DNA from: Acidobacteriota bacterium
Lineage (GTDB): Bacteria > Acidobacteriota > UBA890 > WLXD01
Direction of reading: 5' to 3'
Assembly: GCA_965205505.1 (NCBI GenBank)
Contig: CBDBHB010000009.1
Coordinates: forward strand, 1,792,001 to 1,856,000
Length of the DNA: 64,000 nucleotides
The translations under genes and the position numbers were made by a program. Each line of letters starts with the position of its first letter. The stretch's first letter is position 1. Under the pieces are notes generated by a model that was not told the origin of the DNA, made no database searches, and saw nothing but the letters and a program-made list of their open reading frames with translations. Positions 52,564 to 61,271 of this stretch are shown piece by piece.

Positions 52564-54726
52564 TCAGTGCGCCAGCAGAAGAACCTCGCGTACCTTGCGC
52601 GCCAAGGCCTCCGGTGTGAACGGCTTGCGAAGGAAGTTGGCGCTCTCCAGCCGAGAGCGGCTGGGCCCCTTTTTGTAACCGGACATGAACAGTACCGGGA
52701 GATCTGGCCGGTCGGCGCAGATGCGATCGTCGAGCTCGATGCCGCTCATCGTGGGTAAGACGACATCGGTCAGCAGCAAATCGATAGCCTCGCCGTGCTC
52801 ATTGTGGATTCGAAGTGCCTCCTCGGGACCAGGAGCCCGGAGCACTCGGTAGCCTTCTTGTTGGAGGGTGCGTTCCGCCACGTCGGCTACCGCGTCGTCG
52901 TCTTCTACCAAGAGGATGGTCTCGTTTCCGCGAATCGTCCTCCTGGAGTCCGCTGGCTGGGCAGGCAGTGTCGCGGGTTCGTTAGTCGAGGGCAGATAGA
53001 TCGTCACGGTCGTGCCCAGGTCGAGGACGCTGTCGAGGAAGATGTAGCCACCGGTCTGTTTGACGACTCCGTAGACCATGGCGAGCCCCATCCCCGATCC
53101 CTCGCCTTGTGGCTTGGTGGTGAAGAACGGGTCGAAAACATGGAGCAGAGTCTGCGGGGCTATTCCGCTGCCCGTATCGGATACGCTCAGTAGGCAGTAG
53201 TCGCCGGCATCCACCACCACTCCTTCCCTGGTGAAGGAGGAGTCGAACGTCTCGGGGCGGGTACCGATGGTCAGGATTCCCCCGTCCGGCATGGCATCGC
53301 GGGCATTGACGACGAGGTTGACGATCACCTGTTCCAGCTTACCTCGATCCATCCACACGTTTCCGAGTTCCGGGTTCGGGGCCAGGACGAAATCGAGGTA
53401 CTCCGGAAGCAGTCGCTGCAGCATCGGCTCGAACTCTTCCACGACGCTGTTCACCTGCAACACTGCCGGCTCCAGCGTCTGCTGGCGGCTGAACGCGAGT
53501 AACTGCCGGGTCAGTGTCGCCGCTCTTTCTGATGTCTTGAGGACTTCGGTGATGTCCTCGTAAGCAGGATGCTCCGAGCTCATGCTCTCCTGCGCGAGGC
53601 TAGCAAAGCCCGTAATGCCCGTGAGCAGGTTGTTGAAGTCGTGGGCCACCCCGCCCCCGCCGGCTAGAGTGCCGATAGCTTCCATCTTTTGCGATTGACG
53701 GGCCCGCTCCTCGAGGATTCGCCGCTCCGACTCCAGTTGCTTCTGGTTCGCAAAGGCTAGAGCTGCAAGGACAAGAACCAAGAACAGCATTAGGAACTCT
53801 CGATTTAGCCTCGCGTCCGGACTGAACATCCCTGTCCAGTAGCCGCCGAAATGGAATAGCGGGAGCACCACGAGAAACAGGATCGGCGAACCTCCAAGTC
53901 TTGCTGGAGTCTGTCGAGCGACCCGATTGTCGTCTTCGGCAGGCGCTTGTTGGGGACTTGCGTAGTGCCGCAATCGTGCGGCTGCGATGATCGGCAGGTA
54001 GGGCACGGCAGATTCGTGGAGGTTTCCCTCGGGTATAAACGGCCATACGCCCCAAGTCGACAGGAGATCGAGAGAGCCCAGGACCACCCACAGACCCGAC
54101 GCCACTGCCAACGTGGCGTAGAGGTTTCTCCAACGAATGCTTCCGCACGTTCCGCTGAGATACGCGAAAGTTCCAGCGACCAAGCCATCGAGAGCGACGT
54201 ACATGAGTAGATTCGGCACGTAGGGTTCAGTACTGTGCCCGGCCGTTGTCTGAATGAGAAAAACGTAGGTTACTGATCCCAGTACGAAGACAAGGCTTGC
54301 GGCGGATGTAATCCAATACCGTGGGTTGCCGCGGCTCCATCCGGACTTTAGGTGAGGGTTCGCTGCAACCGCCAACAAAATCGCTGCATAATTCAGCAAA
54401 GTCAGAGATCCCTCGGCGGTCTCGAGCTTGGGTGCCTCAACATTGGGTGCGAGGACATGCAAGGACTCGACGACCACCCAGGCCGCGAACCCAAAGGCGG
54501 CCAATAGCCAAAACCTTCGTTCCTCTGGGTGCTTGATCTGTCTCACTCCGTACAGAAGTGCCCAGACCGCGAGGACGGAAAAAACGAGGTCGGCGTCTTC
54601 ACTGAGGTTGGCCAGCTGCGGGCTCGACAGCCACGGTATCCAGTACACCAGAACGAGGCCGGTGTAGAGGAGGCCCGTGATTCTGATTATTGGGTCGGCC
54701 TTGAGATGGGCCCACACGCCAGGCAT
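52564..54726 (-). CDS. Membrane-bound hybrid sensor histidine kinase (HisKA-HATPase-REC)
   Basis: Multi-TM N-terminus; [40 protein letters not shown], receiver LLTDVVLP, KPF. Confidence 0.92.
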   Translation of the reverse strand: MPGVWAHLKADPIIRITGLLYTGLVLVYWIPWLSSPQLANLSEDADLVFSVLAVWALLYGVRQIKHPEERRFWLLAAFGFAAWVVVESLHVLAPNVEAPKLETAEGSLTLLNYAAILLAVAANPHLKSGWSRGNPRYWITSAASLVFVLGSVTYVFLIQTTAGHSTEPYVPNLLMYVALDGLVAGTFAYLSGTCGSIRWRNLYATLAVASGLWVVLGSLDLLSTWGVWPFIPEGNLHESAVPYLPIIAAARLRHYASPQQAPAEDDNRVARQTPARLGGSPILFLVVLPLFHFGGYWTGMFSPDARLNREFLMLFLVLVLAALAFANQKQLESERRILEERARQSQKMEAIGTLAGGGGVAHDFNNLLTGITGFASLAQESMSSEHPAYEDITEVLKTSERAATLTRQLLAFSRQQTLEPAVLQVNSVVEEFEPMLQRLLPEYLDFVLAPNPELGNVWMDRGKLEQVIVNLVVNARDAMPDGGILTIGTRPETFDSSFTREGVVVDAGDYCLLSVSDTGSGIAPQTLLHVFDPFFTTKPQGEGSGMGLAMVYGVVKQTGGYIFLDSVLDLGTTVTIYLPSTNEPATLPAQPADSRRTIRGNETILLVEDDDAVADVAERTLQQEGYRVLRAPGPEEALRIHNEHGEAIDLLLTDVVLPTMSGIELDDRICADRPDLPVLFMSGYKKGPSRSRLESANFLRKPFTPEALARKVREVLLLAH

Positions 54727-54952
54727 TCGAACCCTCGGTTAGCAGCGGTAATAGCGCCAAGTCTGTCCCGCGCCGAGAGGCACCACCACCCCAGTACTCG
54801 CGCAACCCGACTGGAGCCAAGGCCGGGAGCGCGACCTGATGACAGGGTAGCGGACGCCCGGCCGTCGGCGGCCGACTGGCAAGAAACTTCCACTCTTTAC
54901 CCAGCCTGAACCCCCGTTTCCGTTTGGGGCTAGCCGCGGCGTATACTCTTGC

Positions 54953-55441
54953 GTGGTGGAATCGCGAGTGGCCAGCCGCGATAACAGAATGACTCTGGTG
55001 GGCGGCCCCAACCTGGGCTCCTTCGAGGCGGCCAAGCCGCCACTGCTCGAGGCCGTGGAAACTCTGGAGGCGGAGCTCGGCCCCGAACACCTACGAGTTG
55101 CGGGTGCTCTGAAGTCGCTTGGCAGCCTCTACACGTACGAGGCAGACTACGAGCGGGCGCAGATGTCGCTCGAACGGGCTCTGACGATCTACCAGGCGTC
55201 CGAAGGGGTCGACCGGTTCGATCTGGCGAGCGTGCTTCACATGCAGGGTGAGTTGTTGCTCGACCAGGCCCGTTTCGAGGAGGCGGGTTACAAGCTACGA
55301 ACTGCCTTGGAGATCTATGAGGAAGTGTCGGCCGAGACCCTTGACCAACCGCTGTTCGGTGAGCTCCCCGGACGACGAGAGCGGCGGCTAGCCTCCGTGT
55401 TATCGAGCCTGGGCCACCCAGCTCGCTACGTGTTGCTCTGA
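54953..55441 (+). CDS. Tetratricopeptide repeat protein (probably a fragment)
   Basis: LGPEHLRVAGALKSLGSLY...YERA...ERALTI repeats of kinesin-light-chain type. Confidence 0.6.
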   Translation: MVESRVASRDNRMTLVGGPNLGSFEAAKPPLLEAVETLEAELGPEHLRVAGALKSLGSLYTYEADYERAQMSLERALTIYQASEGVDRFDLASVLHMQGELLLDQARFEEAGYKLRTALEIYEEVSAETLDQPLFGELPGRRERRLASVLSSLGHPARYVLL

Positions 55442-55559
55442 GCCGTGTAAGGTACAGCGCGATGCACAACGATTGGGCGCTGCATTGTGTGGGGGGCCGC
55501 AAGAAGAAGCGGATGGGAACGGCGCCGCCTAAACACCTGTATCCACGAAGGACACGAGC

Positions 55560-57581
55560 GTGACCGACAAATTGCCGGATCAGCAGTTCCGGGAACTCGA
55601 GCTTTTGTACAGGGACGCGCCGATCGGTCTCTGCGCCCTGGACGTGGATCTCCGGTACCTTCACATCAACAGCTTCTTGGCCGCGATCAACGGGTTCTCC
55701 GTGGACGAACATCTGGGACGGACGATCGCCGAGGTAGTTCCCGAAGTTGCGGCGGGCGTCGAAACGCAGCTTCGCCAAGTGATCGGTACGGGGGAACCGA
55801 TTCTCGAGGGGAGGGTGGATGCCGAGACTCCGGCTAGTCCGGGCATCGTCAAGAAGTATCTACACAGCTACTATCCGAACAAAGGCGCCGACGGCAAGGT
55901 CATTGGGGTGAGCTGCGTCGTGCAGGACGTTACCGAGCGCCTGCGGGGCGAACAGGCGCGGCGAGAACGCGAGGAGTATCTTCGCTGGATCGTGGAGACT
56001 GTTCCTAGTGGAATCGAAGAGATCGATGTTTCCGGCACCATCATCTTCGCCAATACTGGTCTTCACGAAATGTACGGCTATGCGGCGGGAACTCTGATCG
56101 GAAAGTCGATCCTGGATATGGTCGTACCGGACAACGAGCGCGACGAGTTGCGCGAACGTCTGGTGTACTTACAGGCGGAACAGCCTCCTAGCGACACCTA
56201 TTTCGGAAAGAAGAGAAAACGGCAGGGAGAAGTCATCGACGTCCAGGTCGACTGGACCTACGTGAGGAATGAACAACAGCAGGTGACGGGATTCGTATCG
56301 GTCATCACCGACGTCACCGAACGCCAACGGGCTGAGGAAGATCGTCATAGGCTCGAGTCCCGGATCCAAAATGAACTGGAAGAACGTGTTGAAGAACGCA
56401 CGAGCCAGTTAAGAGCCGCCCATAAACAGCTTCGCCAGTCGCAAAAGTTAGAGGCAATCGGTCGACTGGCCGGCGGGGTTGCCCACGACTTCAACAACAT
56501 GCTCACGGCCATCATTGGTAACGCCGCGCTTCTGTTGAGCGACGATCTGCACCTCGCCGACATACAGCGCGAAGAGGTCGAGGCGATCAGGGGAGCCGCC
56601 GAACGTGCCGGCTCTTTGACCCAGCAGCTCCTGGCCTTCAGCCGTCGGCAGATGCTGATGCCCCAGATACTCGATTTGAACGCCTCCGTGGTCGAGATGG
56701 GAAAGATGCTCCGCCGCATGATCGGCGAGGACGTCGAGTTGATCACCGAGCTCGACTCTGCACTGGGCAACGTGAAAGCCGACCCGGGACAGGTCGGGCA
56801 GGTGATCATGAACCTCGCCCTCAACGCCCGGGACGCGATGCCCGAAGGCGGTGAGCTCAAGATCGGGACGGCGAGCCTGGATGTGGACGCGGCCGATGCG
56901 CGCTTGCAGGACGGCATGATGCCGGGCCGCTACGTGATGCTGGTGGTGAGCGACACGGGTTGCGGCATGGACGTGGAGACCCGGGAGAAGATCTTCGAGC
57001 CCTTCTTCACCACCAAGGGCACCGGCGAAGGGACGGGCTTGGGGCTATCGACGGTCTACGGGATCGTGAAACAGAGCGACGGCTTCATCGGCGTTGATAG
57101 CGAGCCGGGGCTTGGCACGACGTTCAAGATCTATCTGCCGCGTGTCGATGAGGTCACCGAGCCGCTCGAACCCAGGACGGACCCGGTCGAGTTGCGGCAA
57201 GGCACGGAGACCGTCCTGCTGGTGGAGGACGAAGAGATGGTGCGCGCCCTGGTTGGCGACGTCCTCGAGAGGAACGGGTACAGGGTTCTGGAGGCGCCGG
57301 GGGGGCCCAAGGCCATCGAGATCGCCGAGCAGCACGAGGGGCATATCAACCTGTTGCTGACTGATGTGGTCATGCCGGGAATGAGCGGTCGTGAGCTGGC
57401 GGAGGAGTTGACCAGGCTGAGACCGGAACTGAAGGTGCTGTATATGTCGGGCTACACGGCAGAGGCTCCCAGCGACCGTGGCCTGTCGAATCAGGGGACG
57501 CCTTTCCTTCAGAAGCCGTTCACGCCGCCCGCGCTGATGCAAAGGGTGCGCGACTTGCTGGATCTTCCCGGAAACGGGTAG
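55560..57581 (+). CDS. PAS-PAS hybrid sensor histidine kinase (HisKA-HATPase-REC)
   Basis: Two PAS domains; [40 protein letters not shown], receiver LLTDVVMP. Confidence 0.95.
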   Translation: MTDKLPDQQFRELELLYRDAPIGLCALDVDLRYLHINSFLAAINGFSVDEHLGRTIAEVVPEVAAGVETQLRQVIGTGEPILEGRVDAETPASPGIVKKYLHSYYPNKGADGKVIGVSCVVQDVTERLRGEQARREREEYLRWIVETVPSGIEEIDVSGTIIFANTGLHEMYGYAAGTLIGKSILDMVVPDNERDELRERLVYLQAEQPPSDTYFGKKRKRQGEVIDVQVDWTYVRNEQQQVTGFVSVITDVTERQRAEEDRHRLESRIQNELEERVEERTSQLRAAHKQLRQSQKLEAIGRLAGGVAHDFNNMLTAIIGNAALLLSDDLHLADIQREEVEAIRGAAERAGSLTQQLLAFSRRQMLMPQILDLNASVVEMGKMLRRMIGEDVELITELDSALGNVKADPGQVGQVIMNLALNARDAMPEGGELKIGTASLDVDAADARLQDGMMPGRYVMLVVSDTGCGMDVETREKIFEPFFTTKGTGEGTGLGLSTVYGIVKQSDGFIGVDSEPGLGTTFKIYLPRVDEVTEPLEPRTDPVELRQGTETVLLVEDEEMVRALVGDVLERNGYRVLEAPGGPKAIEIAEQHEGHINLLLTDVVMPGMSGRELAEELTRLRPELKVLYMSGYTAEAPSDRGLSNQGTPFLQKPFTPPALMQRVRDLLDLPGNG

Positions 57582-57687
57582 AGGGCAGTGGGCTCCCGAA
57601 TGGATACCTACTGAGCATGATCGCAGACCATGTGAGCATGGCTGGTAGGCGGATCGCGGTGGTAGGAACGAGCCCCGACAGCTCGGT

Positions 57688-59763
57688 TCACTCGCTGTCG
57701 CGCAGCCGGGGCAGCGCGAAGGCGACTAGGCTGCTGCCCGACGGGGCGCCGTTCTTACCGCCGCCGCAGGCGATGACGATGTACTGGCGGCCGGCGATGC
57801 TGTAGACGGACGGCGTCGCGTTGCCGGCGGCTGGCAGCAGCGTTTCCCAGAGCAACTCGCCAGTGAGCGCTTCGTAGGCGCGGAACTTGTTGTCGAAGTT
57901 GGTTGCGCCGATAAACAGCAGGCCGCTGGCGGTGACTACCGGACCGCCGTAGTTGTCGCTGCCGGTGTCGGTCAGCCCCTGCTCCACCAGCTCGGGGAAC
58001 TCGCCGAACGGAATCTTCCAGCGGATCTCGCCGCTGTTCAAATCGATGGCGTTGAGCGTGCCCCACGGCGGTGTGATCGCGGGGTAGCCATCGGGATCCA
58101 GAAAAATGGTGTAGCCGTTGCCGCGGTACGGCAGCCAGGTCGGGGCGCCAGTGGCGGCCGGATCGGCACCGTGGTCGATTCCGGTAATGAGGAACTCGAC
58201 GATGTGGTTCGTGTCGATATCGTCCAATTGGGGGAAGCCCGGCATCGTTCCGGTCCCCTGGCGGATCAGCGCGGTGAGCTCTTGGCGCGAGAAACGCTCA
58301 CCGATGTTCTCCAGCGACGGCATTGCCGCCGAGCCCGGCCGATTCTCGCCGTGGCAGCTTGCGCAGTTCATGTTGTAGAGGGAGGTGTCGTTGTTCGGGA
58401 TGAGCTGCATGATCCACGGCATCTCGTTGGAGTTGACGAAGAGCAGGCCGCTGTCCGGGTCGAACGCCGCCCCGCCCCATTCGCCACCGCCGTCGAATCC
58501 CGGGAAAACGATCGTGCCTTCGAAGCCCGGCGGCTCGTACATCCCTGACTTGAGGGCTCTGAACCGCTCGAGCACAGCGGCGTGCGCCTCCGGCGTGCGT
58601 TGCGTCAGCATGTCCTCGGTAAGCCCCTGGCGGGCGAAGGGCGGGGGCATGACCGGGTGCGGCTGACTGGTCGCCAGCAGCTCGCCGGGAACCGTCGCCG
58701 CTGGCACGGGTCGCTCCTCGATCGGGAACAGCGGATCACCGCTGCGGCGGTCGAAGACGTAGACGTAGCCGGTCTTGCTGATCTGCGCCACGGCGTCGAT
58801 CCGACTGCCGTCGCGCATCACCGTGACCAGACTGGGCGCCGCCGGAAAATCCCAATCCCAAACGTCGTGGCGGACGGCCTGGAAGTGCCACACGCGTTTG
58901 CCGGTGCGTGCGTCGAGCGCCAGCACGCTGTTGGCGAACAGGTTGTCGCCGTGTCGGTTGGAGCCGTAGAAGTCGAAAGACGCCGAGCCCGTCGCCGCGA
59001 ACACCATCCCGGTGGAGGGATCGACGGTTACGCCGGCCCAGGCGTTGGCGCCGCCGGAGATCTCGTACGCTCCTGCCGGCCAGGTATCGTAGCCGAACTC
59101 GCCGGGCGCGGGAATGGTGTGGAACATCCAGCGCAGCTCGCCCGTGGTCACGTCAAAAGCGCGGATGTGGCCCGGTGCGGCGGGTAGCGTTTCCGGAACG
59201 CTGCTGCCCATGATGAGCAGGTCTTCGAAGACCTGGCCCGGCGTGCTGGCGCTGACGCTCAGCCCCTCTGCCGGCCGCCCGAGGCCCTCACGTAAATCGA
59301 CCCACCCTTCTTGTCCGAACGTGTCGATTGGCTCGCCGGTTCGCCGGTCAAGCGCCCGAAGATAGCTACGTGCGGCGATGAAAACGCGATCCTCGTGCAC
59401 CGTCACCCCGCGGTGTCGCGCCCTCCCCTGCGGCGCACCGGTCGCGGCGATCGGATCGAACGTCCACAACAGGGCCCCGGTTGCTGCGTCCAGCGCGATG
59501 ACCTTCAGCGTCGGCGTAGTGGCATAGAGCGCCCCGTCGACGACGATCGGGTTGCTCTGCATCTCCGAGCCCTCGAAGGCGTCCTGCGAGTCGTAGGTCC
59601 ACACCACCTCGAGCTGGCCGACGTTGTCCTTGGTGATCTCGGTAAGGGGCGAGTAGCGAATATTGTCGATGCCGCCGTTCACTGGCCAGTCGACGTCGTC
59701 CGGAGGCCCGCAGGCTGCGACCAGGAGGCACGATGCGATCAAGCTCCAATAGTGGATCCTCAT
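57688..59763 (-). CDS. PQQ-dependent (glucose/quinate-type) dehydrogenase lipoprotein with an inserted c-type cytochrome
   Basis: Lipobox VAAC; RYSPL.EI..NV, GGANAW, WHFQAVRHDVWDWD, CASCH heme motif, PPWGTL.AIDL, GGPVVTASGL. Confidence 0.9.
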   Translation of the reverse strand: MRIHYWSLIASCLLVAACGPPDDVDWPVNGGIDNIRYSPLTEITKDNVGQLEVVWTYDSQDAFEGSEMQSNPIVVDGALYATTPTLKVIALDAATGALLWTFDPIAATGAPQGRARHRGVTVHEDRVFIAARSYLRALDRRTGEPIDTFGQEGWVDLREGLGRPAEGLSVSASTPGQVFEDLLIMGSSVPETLPAAPGHIRAFDVTTGELRWMFHTIPAPGEFGYDTWPAGAYEISGGANAWAGVTVDPSTGMVFAATGSASFDFYGSNRHGDNLFANSVLALDARTGKRVWHFQAVRHDVWDWDFPAAPSLVTVMRDGSRIDAVAQISKTGYVYVFDRRSGDPLFPIEERPVPAATVPGELLATSQPHPVMPPPFARQGLTEDMLTQRTPEAHAAVLERFRALKSGMYEPPGFEGTIVFPGFDGGGEWGGAAFDPDSGLLFVNSNEMPWIMQLIPNNDTSLYNMNCASCHGENRPGSAAMPSLENIGERFSRQELTALIRQGTGTMPGFPQLDDIDTNHIVEFLITGIDHGADPAATGAPTWLPYRGNGYTIFLDPDGYPAITPPWGTLNAIDLNSGEIRWKIPFGEFPELVEQGLTDTGSDNYGGPVVTASGLLFIGATNFDNKFRAYEALTGELLWETLLPAAGNATPSVYSIAGRQYIVIACGGGKNGAPSGSSLVAFALPRLRDSE

Positions 59764-60089
59764 CGCTCTGCTAGCGGTCGGTCGCGCCGACCGTTCTTGC
59801 CCACGTCTTTCCCGGTCTTGCGGGCCTCGATAAGTGCTTGGTGGAGTTGCCCCGGTTTCGTAGCCACCCGTGGTCCAGAAGTCGCCGCGCTGCCTGGATC
59901 GACCCATCAGTCAGGTTCCAGCCGGTGACACAGCTCGTAGTGCTGGCTGTGCTGATCGAATCGGGACAGTAGCTCTCGGGCGGCGGATGGCGGAGCGGCT
60001 ATGGGCGCTGGCGGTTTGCACGAGACTGCTTCCTCCTTGGGGATGTGGCCGGCGCCGGCGAGGGGCAACGCTGATGCCAGCCTTGATCA

Positions 60090-60151
60090 CCTTGCATCTG
60101 TGCCCTTGGCGGCGTAACCAGACCCATCGCACTCTCACGACGACCTGCCAG
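60090..60151. mobile_element. Degenerate MITE family-1 end
   Basis: ccttgcatctgtgcccttggcggcgtaaccagacccatcgcactctcacgacgacctgccag aligns with 39748-39809 and with the family-1 end. Confidence 0.65.
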
Positions 60152-60247
60152 AAGGAACGTCGATGGGCGCTGAGGCTACAGGCAGCGCACGAGCCGCGCC
60201 AGCAGGGTCTTGTGTGCCCCAGCGCCGTGCTCTACGCTTTGCCGACC

Positions 60248-60313
60248 ATGTGGAACGGTGAACATCACCATCACCATCACGGCCCCACGGGCCGGGGCGG
60301 TGGCGTGCGCTGA
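60248..60313 (+). CDS. hisL: his operon leader peptide
   Basis: MWNGEHHHHHHGPTGRGGGVR*, six tandem His codons upstream of hisG. Confidence 0.85.
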   Translation: MWNGEHHHHHHGPTGRGGGVR

Positions 60314-60343
60314 TCGTGTAACGCCGAACCAACAAGATCTTCC

Positions 60344-60380
60344 GCCGCGGCCTGTCGAGTTCGACGGGCCGCGGTTTTTT
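60344..60380 (+). terminator. his attenuator terminator
   Basis: Hairpin GCCGCGGCCTGTCGA-GT-TCGACGGGCCGCGG followed by T6, between the leader and hisG. Confidence 0.88.
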
Positions 60381-60407
60381 CGTGAGTACAAGATTTCGAG
60401 GTATCCG

Positions 60408-61271
60408 ATGATACGCATTGCCATGCCCAACAAGGGGCGCCTGGCTGAGCCGTCTCGCGAGCTCATAAAGGAGGCGGGACTCGCCTTCTCGCACATTAGC
60501 GGGCGAGCCTTGCAGGCGAAGCTCGGCGATCAGTTCCTGGCGCTGTTCGTACGTGCCAATGACATCCCGGAGTTCGTCGCCGACGGCGCCGCGGATCTCG
60601 GCATTACCGGCCGTGACCTGGTGCACGAGAGCGGGCGGTCGTTGCTCGAGCTGCTCGATCTGGAGTTCGGCCGCTGTCGCCTGGTGGTTGCGGTACGGGA
60701 CGAAGACGGCGTGCATTCGATCGAGGACATCCCGGATGGAACCCCGGTGGCGACGTCGTTTCCCTCTAGCAGCGAAGCCTTCTTCTCGGCGGCGGGCCGT
60801 CGCGTAAAGCTGGTGCCTGTTTCCGGGGCTGCCGAGATCGCACCGCACCTGGGCTTGGCCGACATCATCGTCGATCTGGTTTCCACCGGCTCGACGCTCA
60901 AGACCAACGGCCTGCGCGAGATCACCACCGTCATGGAGTCGAGCGCCGTGCTCGTGGGCCGACCGGGGGCCGCCGAGGGAAACGGTAGTGGCGCCGTGGT
61001 GCGCGATCTCACCGACGCCCTCGAGTCCGTGGTGCGGGCGAAGGACAAGCGCTACCTGATGGCAAATGTGCCGCGTGCGGCGCTCGACGAGGTGCGGCAG
61101 GTGCTGCCCGGGCTCGACGGCCCGACGATCATCGACGTGCTCAATGGCGGAGACCTGGTGGCGGCGCACGCGGTGATCGGTCAGAGCGAGGCCTTCGAGG
61201 TTATCGCTCGACTGAGGCAGCTCGGAGCCACCGGCATCCTGCTAACCAAGATCGAGAGACTATCGCCATGA
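60408..61271 (+). CDS. hisG: ATP phosphoribosyltransferase (long form)
   Basis: IAMPNKGRL, VRANDIP.FV, DLGITG, DLVSTGSTL, C-terminal regulatory domain. Confidence 0.96.
   Translation: MIRIAMPNKGRLAEPSRELIKEAGLAFSHISGRALQAKLGDQFLALFVRANDIPEFVADGAADLGITGRDLVHESGRSLLELLDLEFGRCRLVVAVRDEDGVHSIEDIPDGTPVATSFPSSSEAFFSAAGRRVKLVPVSGAAEIAPHLGLADIIVDLVSTGSTLKTNGLREITTVMESSAVLVGRPGAAEGNGSGAVVRDLTDALESVVRAKDKRYLMANVPRAALDEVRQVLPGLDGPTIIDVLNGGDLVAAHAVIGQSEAFEVIARLRQLGATGILLTKIERLSP

Noticed and set aside
57586-57690. Possible attR copy of the tRNA-Phe 3' end (CGAGCCC/GTGGGCTC)
   Set aside because: Only 7-8 bp matches, which is expected by chance in GC-rich DNA.
59870-60313. 147-aa ORF ending in a His6 'tag' (possible vector contamination)
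   Set aside because: Only the last 21 codons are meaningful; the context (terminator, hisG) identifies a natural attenuator leader.
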